64,000 nucleotides of DNA from the human T2T-CHM13v2.0 reference genome, Homo sapiens (GCA_009914755.4 CP068257.2:38112001-38176000); one strand, 5' to 3'. Shown: positions 28,609 through 44,874, counted from the stretch's first letter. Numbers and translations: made by a program. Notes: generated by a model not told the origin, from the letters alone.

Positions 28609-30024
28609 TTATAGTTTAGTGCACACGTTGAATTTTGCTTTCTAAAGACCTCAGAGAAACAAAGGGGTGGAAACCCCACATTCTTTCTCGAGGCTGTGAA
28701 TACCCAGTAATGCACTTAAATGCTAAATGCAGGTCATGGGCCTGAGAATCTTTGCTGTCCTTCACGCTGACACTGTGGGTTTCATTCAGTAACTTGGATG
28801 AGATGTCCGCAGATCAAGGTGTGGTAGTTGTTTTCCCATCACAGTTTCAATTCTTGTATTTTTGCTTCTGGGTTGGCTGTGGGGTCTGCCTTCTAGGGCC
28901 TGTCAGAAAAGAAAGGAGACTGGAGCCCTGGATGTGCGTTGTCAGCACATTATAAAGTCTCTCCTCAAAGTCCCTGATGGGACCTGTCACCTCATATTCT
29001 GGAGGGACGGGTGGACGAGACTCGCAGGGCTGTGGAATGTGTGTAGATGCCAAAGCTGAAATGAGAACCGTCCAGGTCACTGGACTCCACTCATTGGTGC
29101 TGTGGAGGAATGTTTGCAATAAAGAGACCCTTTCCTGAGGCTAAGGAGTATTGTTTTGCGGGTGGTTCATGACATGTTCAGCACATAGGTGATCTAACCC
29201 TGAATCTTCCAGGAGGATACATCAGTACTGGGGAGTGTCTTGGATAAGCCTCTCCTAGGGGAGAGAAAAAAGCAAAAAGGAAAAAATGCAAGGGTAGAGG
29301 GTGACCAAGAGGGCATCAAAGAACAAAGGGGGTTGGAAGGAAAGAACAAGAGGTATACATGGCAGAATCCTCATGTGCTGTCAATGGTCTGGCCAGGCCT
29401 TACCCCATCTATCCTGGCCTCCCTGAACTCTGACCTCACCCCTTCCACCCACCCCTGTCTGCCACAGAGCCTTCTCTGCAGTTCATCAAGCACAGCAGGC
29501 ACAGTCCCCCCCGAGAGCCTTAGTACCTGCTTTTTCCTCTGCTGGGAAAGTTCTTCCTGCAGGTGTCCAATGCGGCGGCTGTTGTCTCACCTCATTCGCT
29601 GTGCATGGTGCACCTTCCCGGGGGCTTTTCTCTGACTACCCTGTTTGAAGTGGTAGCTGGTCCCCCTCCTTGCCCTGTTTCTCCCCACACCTATTGCCAC
29701 CTTCTAATAGGCCATATCATCTATTTATTCATTCGGTTGCCTGTCTTTCCTTTTGAGAATGTGAGCTCATGAGGGCAGGATTTTTTCTCAGTGATTAGTG
29801 ATTGAAACGAATGTAATAAGCCCATGATCTGCATTTTGGTCAGTCATTCAGAGGTGAGGCTACACCATCTGCATCCCTTCATGATGCAGGTGGGCTGGCG
29901 GGTGGCGTAAGACGATTTCAACCAGTGATTCTCAAATTTGACCAGGCACCAGAATCACCTGGAGGGCTTCTTTAAATCCAAAATTCTGGGCCCACACCAG
30001 GGGTTTCTGTTTCAGGAGGTCTGA

Positions 30025-30343
<319 letters not shown>

Positions 30344-32047
30344 CTGTGCTTTCTAACACTTCCCAGATGAGGCTGCCCCTGTCCACACTGAGATGCGCTG
30401 ATCCAATGTGTCCATGGGCACACACCAGCTGCGGGGGGTGGGGGTGGCGGTGGGCACAGAAGACTTCTGAACGGTAGATGCTTGTCAGTGATGGGTTGTT
30501 GCCTGCTTGCTTTATTTTCCCAGGGCCAGGAAGAACATATGGAGGTGCAGGGCTGAGGGAAAGCTGTCCTGACTGTGCTGGTCGTCCTGGCACATAGGGA
30601 TCGCCTGAGCTTGGTGGGCTGTTCACCAACGTCCACTTGGAGTGTAGGGGGAAGACAAGGGCCACAGGAGGCCGCTGGAACACACAACTGCCAGAAGGGT
30701 CTTTCTCAGCCTCTTCCCACTGCATCCCTTCCCATGGTGACCTCTTCTGTGGGGCCCATTTCCTCCTGCATTGACTCGACTCCCAGAACGGTCCTTCAGG
30801 TGCAGGGGATCTCCCCCATCCTCACCAGGGCCATCACTGTCCTGGGAGTCTGCATTAGGTTCCTTCCCACAAGTTGTTGCACCTGCTGAAATGTCCCTTC
30901 CCCTCCCTCATTTCTCACCTCTTCAATTTCTATCTGGGCTTCGAGGAAGACCTGACTCAGAAATCACCTCCTCCCTGAAGCCTCCTAAACCTTGCCATTT
31001 TCAGGGCGAGAATCTCAGTTTCCATTTACTGACAGGGTAAGGGTTCTGTTGTGTGTGACACTTCCTCTTCCTCACCACCCCAGCGCTCTCCAACGGTGTC
31101 AGCTGGAGTGAACTCCTGTGTGTGCAAGGCCTGGGTCTCCTGGTCAGACTACTTTCTATGCGAAAGGCATAGTGTATAGTCTATACACTATACATAGGGG
31201 TGCTGGGAGGAACTGGGGTTTTCACAGCCAGCTTTGGTTTTCATTAGGTTTGTTTAGTTTCCATTGCTTCAGGGGTGTTAGTTTTGTGTTCACAACTAGA
31301 TTATAAACTCCTCTTGCATTCCTGATGGCAGTGACTTGAAGGCATTTATTTGAAGAATAATAGACATACAGAAAGGGGCACATGTCATAAAGGTACAGCT
31401 GGACGACTTTTCACAAAGTGAGCACATTTGTATGATCGATGTTGAGACCAAGAGCATTCAGTGGACAACTCCTTTCCAGTTACTCCACCCCACTCCCAGT
31501 GACCATCATTCTGACTTCTAACTGTGTAGACATGTTTTGCTTGTTTTGTACTTTACAAACATATCTATTTTAGGTGGCTAGACAATGTGTTTTACAATGC
31601 TGGCCATGACAGTGTTTGAAAGAATAAAATGGAATCAAATAGAATGGGCAGTATCAGAGTGTGTTGCCTGCCTAAGAAATGTTTTGTGACATTTTGGCTT
31701 TGGGTCTATTTATACATTAAATCTAAGAGCACCAGAATGTGGTGTCAAAATGTGTTTGGGGATGAAGATATTCTAAAGACCTGTAGTAAGCAATGCAAAG
31801 CGTTCTGGAGGTGTTTATTAAACATTTGTTTGTAGAATGGAGAGGAAGACAAGGTCCCTGCTTGTGTAGAGCTTAGGGACTGACTGTAGGGTTAACAAAC
31901 CACCCTTAATGTACATCTTAGGCATATGGCACTGTATGGGCCTATTTCAGCCGTGGTTACAAAAAACTCTTCCAAAGGTTTGGTGGGCAGTGGATGAACT
32001 CTGGGTCTAGTGTTTCTGAGATACTTTTTCCTGAAAAAGCTGAGGCA

Positions 32048-32406
<359 letters not shown>

Positions 32407-33041
32407 CTATTTCAGGAGAGGAGAGTATATATGGGCTAATTCTAGAGCTCCTGAGGGTCCATCCCAAAATTTGTAATGAATGCAAATTTGTAATGAATAC
32501 CAAAGCGTTCAAATGCTTCATGTTGGAAAGTCTTATGGGTGGAGTCATTTTCATTTGTAGATATGGCTCTGAATATCCATTATCAACCTGTGTGTGCACC
32601 CATAAGTCTCTTCCCAGACCTCTCCTTGCCACCATTCCTACTGTATAATGGGTTATATAGAACTCAGCCACCATGTTTATTCACTCAGTACATATTCACT
32701 GAGTAGTTGTTATGGATCACTTCTTTGTAGGCACTGGGATGTAAGATTGAGCAAAACCAGGCATTGTTCTTGTTGACATAGAACTTAGAGCCCAGTAGGG
32801 AAAACAGGCATTAATTGTGAGCAAAAGTAAATACAAAACAACTACTGTGACAATTGTAACCCCCGAACAATCAGGCCAGGGGTTAGAGACTGCATTGCAG
32901 GCCGGTCACTGCACATGTGAGAGCCCTGAGGCCAGAAAGAGTTGATGAGGTTGATAAATTAAAGGAGGTCTGGTGATCGGAGGGTGAAGTTTGGGAAAAA
33001 TTGTAGCTGGAGAGAGAGTTGATGTGGGACTAAGTCAGGTC

Positions 33042-33330
33042 TTTTTTTTTTTAGACGGAGTCTCACTCTGTCGTCAGGCTGGAGTTCAGTGACGTGATCT
33101 CGGCTCACTGCAACCTCCGCCTCACATGTTAAAGCAATTCTCCTGCCTCAGCCTCCTGAGTAGCTGGGACTACAAATGCATGCCACCACGCCCAGCTAAT
33201 TTTTTGTATTTTGAGTAGAGACGGGGTTTCACTATGTTGGCCAGGATGGTCTCGATCTCTTGACCTCATGATCCGCCCACCTCGGCCTACCAAAGTGCTG
33301 GGATTACAGGCATGAGCCACCTTACCTGGC
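33042..33330 (-). mobile_element. Alu SINE, minus orientation.
   Basis: Poly-T then agacggagtctcactctgtcgtcaggctggagttcagtgacg.... Confidence 0.9.
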
Positions 33331-33394
33331 TGTCAAGTCTTAAAATATGATAATGTTAAGGATTATCTGTTTTTATCCTAAATGATGGAAATCT

Positions 33395-34100
33395 TTCAAA
33401 CAAAGTCTGGGCAATCCTTAGCAAAAAGAGCAAAGCTGGAAGCATCACATTACCCAACTTCAGCCTATACAACAAGGCTACAGTAATCAAAACAGCATGA
33501 CACTGGTACAAAAACAGACACATAGACCAATGGAACAGAATAGAGAACCCTAAAATAAACCCATACACCTACAACCATCTGACCTTTGACAAAATCAACA
33601 AAAGTAAACAATGGGGAAAGAACTGCCTATTCAATAAATGGTGCTGGGATAACCAGCTAGCCAAATGCAGAAGAATAAAACTAGGCCCTTACCTCTCACC
33701 ATTCAAAAATTAACTCAAGATGGACTAAAGATTTAAATGTAAAACTTCAAACTATGAAAATCCTAGAAGAAAACCTAGGAATTATCCTTCTTGACATTGG
33801 CTTTGGCGAAGAATTTATGGCTAAGTCTCCAAAAGCAATTGCAACAAAACCAAAAATTGACAAGTGGTATCCAATTAAGCTAAAGAGCTTCCATGCAGCA
33901 AGAGAAATTGCCAACAGAGTAAATGGATAGCCTACAGAATGGGAGAAAATGTTCACATATTCACAAACTATGCATCTGACAAAGGTCTAATATCCAGAAT
34001 CTGCAAGGAACTTAAATCAACAAGCACAAATCAAATAATCCAATTAAAAAATGGGCAAAGGACATGAACAGATACTTCTCAAAAGAAGATGTACAAGATG
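33395..34100 (+). mobile_element. L1 (older subfamily) ORF2 internal fragment.
   Basis: It encodes the ORF2 segment ...[90 protein letters not shown]...[17 protein letters not shown] when read in frame. Confidence 0.8.
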
Positions 34101-34129
34101 ATGGCATGAATAGGAGAAAGGGAATCTTT

Positions 34130-34429
34130 CCTTTCCTTTTCTTTTTTTGAGACAGAGTCTTGCTCTGTCGCCCAGGCTGGAGTTTAGTGGTGTAGTCATA
34201 GCTTGCGGCAGACTCAACTTCCTGGCCTTAAGCAATCCTCCTGTCTTGGCCTCCCAAATATCTAGGACCACAGGCACATGCTACTACACACTGCTATTTT
34301 TAATTTTTTTGTAGAGATGGGATATTGTTATGTTTTCCAGGATGGTCTTGAACTCCTGGCCTCAAGTGATCCTCCTGCCTTGACCTCCCAAAGTGCTAAG
34401 ATTACAGGTGTGAGCCACTGCATCCAGCT
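34130..34429 (-). mobile_element. Alu SINE (older, AluJ-like), minus orientation, inserted at the 3' edge of the L1 fragment with a 14-bp TSD.
   Basis: Poly-T then gagacagagtcttgctctgtcgcccaggctggagtttagtggtg.... Flanked by GAAAGGGAATCTTT at 34116-34129 and 34430-34443. Confidence 0.85.
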
Positions 34430-36814
34430 GAAAGGGAATCTTTTCAATGGTGGGTGGCAACCAGTTGTTTACTCGGAGATGCCTGGTAGGACAGGAGAGA
34501 AAGCAAGAGGGCAGGGCTCGAGATATGGATTTGAGAACTGGAGAGAGTTGGCATAAATAAGAATCTTCCAAGTGGATAAACTCCTATAAGGAAATCGTGT
34601 AGCCAGCAGAGGCCAGGATGTTGTGTTGGGTGACTGTGGACAAAAAGAGTCAAACTTCGTAAAGTGTTTGAAGAGATTTATCCTGAGTCAAATATGAGTG
34701 GCCAATGGTGCGTGACAAAGCCCTCAGGAGATCCTGAGGACAGTGCCCAAGGTGATCAGGATTACAACTTAGTTTTATACATTTTAGGGAGACATGAGAC
34801 ATCAATCAAATACATGTAAGATGTACATCCAGGTCATAGGTAGATTCAAAGATTTTCTAATTGGCAATTGGTTTAAAGAGTTAAATAAACGCCTAAGGAC
34901 CTGGAAACAATAGTGGGGAATGTCTGGGTTAAGATAAGGGGTTGTGGCGACCAGGGTTCCGATTATGCAGAGGAAGTCTCCAGGTTGCAGGCACAGAGAG
35001 AATAGATCATAAATGTTCTTATCAGAGTTGATCCTCTCCTGGATCAGGAAAAAGTAAGGAAAAGGAAGAGGATTCTCTTCAGAAGGTAATTTACCCCATG
35101 AGTCAGCTTTGCAGGCCTATTTCAAGATATGGCAAATAAAACATATTGGGGGTTAAATATTTTGATTTCCTTCTTTACCTGTCATGTGATGCTATGCCAG
35201 AGTCAGGTTGGAAAGCAGCCCGCATTATATAGTGTTCAATGAAACCCCTCTGATGAGGGTTTGTAGGGTGGACTCCCCAGTCCCTTAGATAAGAATTTGG
35301 GCAAGAGAAGAAAAAGATCAGCCATTGGTCCTTAGTGACAACCAAAGCTAGTGGCCACAGGGAGGTTCTCGGGTGGGAGGAGACATTGATCTTTCCCAGT
35401 GCTCTGCCCCCCATCTGACTGTTTGCTCTATAAAGCAAAAGGGAGAGCAAAGAGGAAAGGGAGGTTTTAAGTGAGGCAGGTGACTGTGGGATTCAGGGTC
35501 TTCTTTACAGTTTTCTCCTATTCTGTACAGGGGAAGGTTACTGCTGATAAGACACAGCTGAGAGAGGGACGAGCTCCCGGGACCTAAAGTGACCAGAAAT
35601 ACAGCTCCTGAGTCTTGAGGCACAGCTGCGGCGTGGTTTACTTAGGGTTTGTTCTAGCAAGGACATTAACCGTCCTCCAGTGTTTATTCTGAAGAAATGT
35701 TTGGTTGGCCTTCCTCATCTCACTGCCTGACCTTGCAGTATAGAAAAATACTGATCATCTTGGCTCTTAAACAGGTGGAACTAAATGCCTAGCTCAACAC
35801 AGGTAACACAGTCAGGGAAAGTTGGTGTTTAGGGTTGGATGCCTCCTGTTTCATCTGAAAATCAAATCAAGGTCAAGAAGTTTCCATTTGGTGTAGCTCC
35901 CTCCTCCCTCCTTTTCATCTCCCAGCTGCAGAATAGGGTTATTTGGCCTGCACAGATTGTATGATTCCGTAGTGACACGTGTGGCCTCCGGGGTACATAA
36001 AGACTGGCCTTGGAGTGAAATAATCTCAGCACTTCGCACAAGGCACTGGAAGGAACTGGGGTTTCAGAGGGATGCTTGTTCTGTTGGCATTGTGTGGCCC
36101 GGACTTCTCACAGGGTGAGGCTGGGGCTCACCCACCCCATTATCCCCACACTCACCCTGCTGGGCTCTGTCCACTTGACTGCCATTGACCCGAGGTGGGA
36201 GTGCAGGAGGAGTGTGGTTATTACATCACGGACCCTCGGGGCGCAGACTCGGCTGTTTTCTCTTCTTCTTAACAAGCAATTCAGAGTTCATGGAAAGGGC
36301 ATTGCGGCTTCCCTGGGGGAACTGTTTTCAAATTCCATTTCTCACGCTTAAAACAAAAATCAAAGTTCAAAGAGATCTTGGATCAGAGAGATTTGCCTTG
36401 AGGTCAGGGAGAATACCTAATCTGAGTTGTGTTTTAGAGTCATACTTTCTTTCTGTTTTTTTTAATGATGTCCAGGGACAAAACAAAGAGTAGTAATCAT
36501 GTTTATCCAAATGCTGGCTTAGCCTTAGAGAACTCTCACCTTCTTCAGTTCTGCCTCTCCCGGGACCTAAAGCCAGTGGGCCCCTCCTCCACCCTGGCAT
36601 CCTCGCCTCCTGGTCCTGCTTATGGAGGGGACTGTTCCTGGTGGCGGCTTACTCCTTCCCTTTCACGTGTTGTTCTTGCAGGGGCAGTTTAGCCCCCACA
36701 ATGTGCCTGGGTACACAGGTGAAGTGCTAATGTGCTACTGTGTGTCCAACGGTGTGATTCCTCCCCAGAAACCTTTAGGGCTATAATGAGATTCTTTTAG
36801 AACCTGCCTTGCCA

Positions 36815-37101
36815 TTTTTTTAGACAGAGTCTTGCTCTGTTGCCCAGGCTCTAGTGCGGTGGCGTGATCTCGGCTCACTGTAACCTCTGCCTCCTGGGTT
36901 CAAGTGATTCTCTGCCTCAGCCTCTCGAGTAGCTGGGCTTACAGGGATCCACAACCACGCCTGGCTAATTTTTGTATTTTCAGTAGAGATGGGGTTTCAC
37001 CATGTTAGCCAGGCTGGTCTTGAACTCTTGACTTCAGGTGATCCGCCCTCTTCGGCCTCCCAAAGTGCTGGGATTACAGGTGTGAACCACTGCACCTGGC
37101 C
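36815..37101 (-). mobile_element. Alu SINE, minus orientation.
   Basis: tttttttagacagagtcttgctctgttgcccaggctctagtgcggtggcgtgatctcggctcactg.... Confidence 0.9.
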
Positions 37102-37429
37102 TACCTTGCCATTTGACTTTACAAGGCAGAAGGAAAGGGAGGAGCTGCAGTTTTTGGGGCTACCCAGTGTATATGTTGGCAGACCACCTGGTTCACCCAC
37201 AGGGATCCCACAACACCAGAAGGTAGTAGGACATGTTGCAGTGTCACTGATGGGGTGGGCACAAACTAGGAGAAGCCACGGTATGTGGTCTGCCAGGGTG
37301 TCTTCTTGCTATAAACTCTGAATGACATCAGAAGGGAAAAGAGTACGAAATTCAGAGTGAAAGGCCTGAGTTTGGGTCCCAGCCCCACTGCTGTGAATGC
37401 AAATCCTGGGATGTTGCCAGCTGGCAGAG

Positions 37430-37780
37430 TTGGTTTTTTATGGAGGCTCTGAGGGAAGGTCTTCCATGCCTCTTCCTTAGCTTCTGATGTTGCTCCAATC
37501 CTTGCCATTCCTTGGCTTGTAGATGCATCACTCCAGTCTCTGCATCCGTCCTCACATGATGTTCTTCTCTGCAGGCCTCTGTGTCTCAAATCTCACTCTG
37601 CATTTCTCTTATAGGGACACCTGTGAGTGGATTTAGGGCCCATTCTAAACCCAGGTTGATTTCATCTTGAGATCCTTACCTAATTACATCTGCAAAGACC
37701 CTATTTTCAAAGGTTCCATTCTGAGGATCCGGTGGACATGTGTTTTGAGGAATACTATTCAACCCAATACAGCTGTAGAG
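37430..37780 (+). repeat. MaLR MST-type LTR fragment, ~200 bp upstream of the IGSF5 Ig1 exon.
   Basis: ctcttccttagcttctg...ccttggcttgtagatgcatcactccagtctctgc...tcttatagggacacctg...gggcccat...attcaacccaatacag. Confidence 0.6.
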
Positions 37781-37977
37781 TTAGGGGGTAGAGTGGAAAG
37801 GAGGGCATGGCAGTGGCTTCCACCGGAAGCACCTGATCTGCCAGGGAGAGCTGGTGTTCGGATTCAAAAGACACAGTCTGAGTCACTGGATGGACAACCT
37901 GGGGGTTACCACTGGTAAATACAGAAAGGTTACAGCACACAGTTGATTTATGGAGATCCATTCATTTAACAACTTGA

Positions 37978-38334
<357 letters not shown>

Positions 38335-38469
38335 TGAAGTCCATCAGGTTAAATGTCAGAGGGCAGGAAGGACCTTCTAAAGTTCATGCCGCGTATGATG
38401 GCAGACGTGGTCTACCTTCAGTTGGTGTTGACCTACAATTATTCTGAACTGATGAATGTTTTGCGATTT

Positions 38470-38700
38470 ATTTGTCGCCTCCTTCCTCCCTCATGCTCTC
38501 CCTACCTCCTCACTTCTTCTTCCCTTCTCCCCCTCTCTTCCTTCCTGTGTGCTCTAGCCTTCAGTTGGCAATAGGCTTAGAATTATTCTGGATGGACTAA
38601 TGTTTATTGTTTCGTTGATTTATCCCCCTTCTTCCTCACTTCCTCCCATCTTTCCCTTTTTCCTGCTTCATTCTCTTTCTCCTTCCATCTTTGCTTTCCT
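38470..38700. repeat. Polypyrimidine (CT-rich) low-complexity tract in the intron downstream of the Ig1 exon.
   Basis: cctccttcctccctcatgctctccctacctcctcacttcttcttcccttctccccctctcttccttcc...cttcctcacttcctcccatctttccc. Confidence 0.7.
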
Positions 38701-39839
38701 TTTTTCTGGTTAAGACTGATAGAGACAGATTTTATCACTTCCCCTTTGAATCCATTTTAGTATTTAACAGCCTTTCTGGAAACGTATCCTGGAATTCTTC
38801 TAGGGCCAGTTGCAGTCATTTTTCTTTGATTTAGAGACAGTTGTCAATCACTGCCCTTTCTCTAGTTTTTCCATATACATGACTATATTTCTCTGCTTGC
38901 ATCATTTATCAACTCTGAAGCATGCTTTAACTCTTTCCTCTTTCCAGCAGAATCCCCCCAACTTATTTCTCTACCCTGCCTCCAACTACAGTGGGATAGT
39001 CATTATAGTCAAAGTTGTGTGTTCACCAAATATATCAAGTCATTGAGAGAAAAGAAAAGAATAAACAAAATTTATAATAATAGCTTATTTTTCATTTTAG
39101 AGGTAATTTGGAGGTGCTGAAGATAATGTTACACAGTAAAAAAGTAAAAGGATGCTTTACAAAGATTTGGAATAGTCTTACCAAAATTTAATCACTTTGC
39201 ATTCTTTAAAAGTGTATTTATACTCTATTTAAAGATATAGAGTGCCTGATTTCCATGGCAGCATTTCTTATAAGAGAATATATTATATCTTATAAATTAT
39301 TTCTTATCTCTATATATTTACTTGTCTGGAAGAAATTCCCAAAGATTTTGTTCATATTTATGTTGCTATTAAATCAGATTTGATAGCCTTTGGTGGAGAC
39401 ATGTCTACCTATTTCTATTTGTGTTTTAAAAAATGTTTTTTATTTTAGAAATTTAGCTAAATTGGTGTGTCTTACTTTTGTGTGTTTTTAATTTTGTGTA
39501 GTTTAATTAGGGGCACAATTCTATTTTCTAAATAAGTGATTTTATAAGGCTATTTAGGACTGTTGGCCTATGTTGCATAACCAGATTCTTATTATGATAA
39601 TTTGTGATATAAGAGAAAGAACAGAGGAAAAAAGAATCAAAGATATAAATTCTGGTTTTGGCTTCATCAGTTATCTATCAGAGAGACCCCTGAGATGGCT
39701 CAATTTCTTCATCTTTAACCTGGAGATGAATCTTCCCGGCCCACCTCATGGGTTTGTTGTGTGGATCAGGTGAAAAAATGGCTAAAGATGGTTTGATGAC
39801 TCCAAAGTCCTGTCTGATTCAATTCCCTGCACATTAAGT

Positions 39840-40075
39840 TGGGAGCCAGAGTGGTCTAGTGGTCAGGAGTGCAGACTTGGGGCTTGGCTGCCTGGGTCCA
39901 TGTTACTGCTTTATGACAATGTGTGACCTGGGACACAATTACTTAATGACTTTGAGTCCTAGTGTCCTCATCATAGGGCTGCCGTGGTGTCAAATGAGTA
40001 GGTCTATGTAAAGCCTTTACCACACCTGGCTCATAGCAATCACTGTATGGCCATTTGCTATTATTTATTGTGCTC
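39840..40075 (+). mobile_element. MIR SINE fragment.
   Basis: gtggtctagtggtcaggagtgcagacttggggcttggctgcctgggtcc...gtgtgacctgggacacaattacttaatgactttgagtcctagtgtcctcatc...cacacctggctcatagcaatcactg. Confidence 0.7.
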
Positions 40076-41654
40076 CCAATAAAAGCATGCCATTGTGTTG
40101 GTTATTTAAGAGTGACTCAAAGAGGAATAGAATAAGACACAGTTTCTTTCTTTAGAACCTCACAAGAAGAGTGGATAATGCAAGTTGCACAAATAATAGG
40201 GATGCCAGCCACCCAGATGCTGGCAAGTGAGATGGAAGGGAGGCAAGCTCAGGTTCCAGTCGGGAGGGGAGCTGACAGAGTCAATAAAGCCTTCATGGAT
40301 GATTTCATGGAGAAGGTGCCATTGGAGATGTGCCTTCCAGGTCTGTAGATGGTAGACAGAATGGGAAAGCAAGAGAGGAGGAGGGCATCCCTGGAGCAGG
40401 GAAACACAGGATCACAGGCATGGCTTATTACTGCTGTACTTATGACACATCACATTCAGAAACCATGTGGTTTTGTAGCATCTTTTCCCAAAGTCACAAG
40501 TCTACAAATTTGTCTGAATCCCGCTGACTTTTTATATATTGGTAATTATGGTAGTTTTTGGTTTTAATACAGATGAAAGAGCAAGCATCTAGAGAAGGCA
40601 AAGACTTCTCCAAGATATTGCGAGAGGAACCCATAGAGCTTGGCCTGAACTTCATCCCTTTATCCTCATCTCATTGCTCTGAATGGCACTTAGTTCCTAG
40701 AGGAGCAAATGTTCTCTGAGCAACAGGGTCTCCCTCAAGGGAGAAAGAATCTTGAAAAAAGAGGAAACAACCATGAATTATTCTATGATTTTTTCACCTC
40801 CTTATATGTCAACAAAATAGAGATGACATAACTCCAAATTGAGTCATCTGAAATCCATGTGAATATTCTAGTATCACTTTTGTATAAAGGGTTTGTCATG
40901 CTACTGGCTAACCTTTGTGAAAGCCAGTGGGGGAAAGTGGAATCCCAAGTGTATACAGAAAAAGGAAATCCTTCAGATCGCTGAGTTGGTCCACTTGCTG
41001 CCTTATCCACCAATCAATCACACACCAAACTCTAGACCTCTTATGTTTTGAGGGCTGCAAGGACTTGAGTTCAAGAGCTTCTGTTATTAACTGAGACAAT
41101 ATCATTCCTCCCAGTTCTGTCATCTTAAACCGTCTCTCTGTCAAACAAAACAAACACAAAACCCTTTAGACTCAAGGGACAAACCCTTTCTCCACTCCTT
41201 GTTGCATTTACAGTAGCCCTTGAATTAGCAAAAGTGCCTTTCTTATTCCAAGGGAATATTCAGGAAGGAATAATTGGGAAGCTAACATTTCAGAGCAAAA
41301 AGATCTTTCAGAGCCGACCCAGTTCACTGTAGTCTAGGGACTCCTTGATGTACCCTGAGATCCTTTCAGGGTGGTCTATGAAGTCATGATTGTTTTCATA
41401 ATAATATGAAGATTCCTATTATTGTTGCCTTTTTCACCCTTCTTCTCACAAGTGCACAGGAGAGCTTTCCACTATACATTGGGAAGGTCTGCATGCCTCA
41501 GAATTTTCCAGATGACTGAAGTGTAACAAAATCATGCAAGGATAAAAGGTCCATTCAAAGTGCCAGATAGTGCAATGGGTTTCAACATAACAGAAAATGA
41601 AAGTTCCTTGATAGAGTTTCAGATTCCACTGTGTAACAAACATTTAAGAAACCT

Positions 41655-41952
<298 letters not shown>

Positions 41953-43323
41953 GAGAAAAGTAAGTTTTGGTACAGTATTCAAGAATATCCACAATTATCT
42001 GAAAAAGCTATTAAATACTCCTCACTGTTCCAACTACATATCTGTATGAAGTCAGGTTTTCTTTACATCCTTCAAACAAAGCAGTATATTGCAACAGACT
42101 GAATGAAGAGACAGCTATGAGAATCCAGCCAGACATTACAGAGATTTATATAAGTATAAAACAATGTCACTCATCTTATTAATTTTTTTAGTTTAAAAAT
42201 GTGATTCGTTTCCATGAAAATATGTTAATCAAAATTAACATGTAATAAATTATTATTTTAAAATATATGTTTAAAATAATTGTTTAACTTTAATTTCAAA
42301 TATGATAAATATTGGTAGATAAAACCCACACAAATGAAAGGTCTTTGGAGTCCTCAATGCTTTTGAAGAGTGTAAAAGGTACTGAGACCAAAGTGTTTGA
42401 GAAGTGCTGATCTGGTCAAACTATCTCATTCAGTAAGTACAACAAAGAGAGCCAAAAAAATTCAGTGACTTGCCCAAAGTGATGACAATTTTCTGGCAGA
42501 ACCAAGATTGGGAACAAATTTTTTCATTCTTAGTTCAGTATTCTTTCCATTATGTTGTGTAGTCCAGAGTTTCAGCATGTTTTTCTTGGACATATATGTA
42601 TACACATTTCACTAAGGCTGTGTCTTTACTGGGGCCAATCCTCAGGTTGTTTTAGTCACACTTGTGAAAACAAGTACTATTTTCATATGGGTTGTTTGCA
42701 GTATGAATGCTGACCTATGCGAGAGTGTTCTTAATAAAAAAATAACTTATCTAAGTTATTCTGGCACATGATTTGGGTTAGTTATTTCTGTAAATATTAG
42801 ATTGGAATTCGATTTAATTTGTAATGAGAAACCTATGTTAAGGCAATACCCTAGGAAGTTATGTTTAAGACCATATGACCCTAGAAATAAATAAAAATGT
42901 ATCTGATTGACCAAAACTCCAGGGGAGACTTGCGTCTGACCCTGGGCTGTGTCCTCGTCACAGTGAGAAGAAGGTGAAGCTCGTTTCTCTTTTTCCCTTT
43001 GCTCCCTCGACAGCCCAAGATAATTCTGTAGCTCACTTCAGGGATTGTATAACCCCCCTATGGCATGCACTTTTCTTTCCCACATAATTATTTCCCCCTG
43101 GTTTCTGACTTTTATGAAGCATTTTCTATGTAACTTTGCTTTCTTGTGAGCAACCTCACCTTCTTCAGAGACTCTGGCAGGTGTACAAAAAAGACCCAGA
43201 TAAAATCTGAGTTAAGATTTCCTAGTAGAGACACAGCCTCTTTGGGCTTGGGAAAATAGGTCTCACAAAATGTAATTTGAAGCAAAACTTAAAAAAAAAA
43301 AGAAAAAAAAAAAGAAAACTTAG

Positions 43324-43680
<357 letters not shown>

Positions 43681-44874
43681 TGAAGACATTCTGCTTTATA
43701 TGAAATGAATGATTATTTCATGCTTCAATATTACGTAGAATGCTCCTTCATCCACGATGCCTGGAAAAATCATATGGCGACCTTGATTTTGGGTGGGGAT
43801 GATAAGGCCAATCACATCTGCTGTCAGCTTAATAATCTTATACCCTCGTCTGCTTTTTAAATTCCATCTTAAAGTTTTTTTTCTCCTATTACATTTGAAA
43901 ACCATTTAGAATCTTGCCAATTATTTATCATCAAAGAGCATCAAGTTTGGAGACAAATGCTTGAATTAAACATTTGTGTTTCTAGCTTTTACCTACCACT
44001 GTTTCAGTTTGATCCCACCCCCTGAGCCAGTATGAAGCAGGTCTTCATACTGGAGGAGGGTGTTCAGGTCTCCCTGGATTTCTTCCAATCTTAGTGGAAT
44101 TATAATGCTTCATTTTCTTCCCCACCAAATCTACAATGTGTTTGAAAGTGTCAAGTCTATATGTATATAGTTTAACTTGACTAAATGACAGAACTTTAAA
44201 GTTTAGATCCCCCTAAAGAATCTCCTGTGGGGTTTTTGGTGTACCAGACACTCTAACCACATTCCTTGAAGGGGCCCATAGCGCCTGTGAGCTTTGAGTC
44301 AGCCTGGACAGGGTGGGCCCGGGATGCTGGAGATTGACTTTAACTTAACATTTTACAAAAAAGGAAGTGAGGCCCGGAGAAAGTCTGTGCTTTCATCCGG
44401 GTCACACAGCCAAAGTGGCAGAGCTGGGCCTAGAAGCTGAGAAGAGCTTTTCTTTTCGTGTCTAAAGCTTTTCCCACCATGAAAACACCTTTACCTGAGA
44501 TCTTCCAAAGTTCAGAACAAAGCCATAGCCAAAGCCAAATAATGATGGTAACGATAATAAACAGCACCCTATAGCTCTTACCAAGTTATCAGGCACTATT
44601 CTGAGCACTTCTCAGGTATTCACAGAATTAACCGGCCCTACAGCCGTATGAGTGTTGCTGTTATTCCTATTGTAAAGGCAAGGTGACCGGGACAGTGCTG
44701 TTGGGATTGTGCACACGTCTGTAGAGTGAGTAAATGACAGGGCAACCTGTACTCACCTGTAGAGTGAGTAAATGACAGGCAGTCTGTCTCCAGAAACTGC
44801 TCACCTGGCAACTCTGCCCACCGTGTGAGCAGCCACTTGGAGGGTATAAGAGGTCCCATGGCTGCCGTAACGGA

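Noticed and set aside
29880-30010. A ...cagaatcacctggagggcttctttaaatccaaaattctgggcccacaccaggggtttctg... segment resembling a known interspersed repeat core.
   Set aside because: I recognise the motif as a common old repeat but cannot name the family confidently. Left unannotated.
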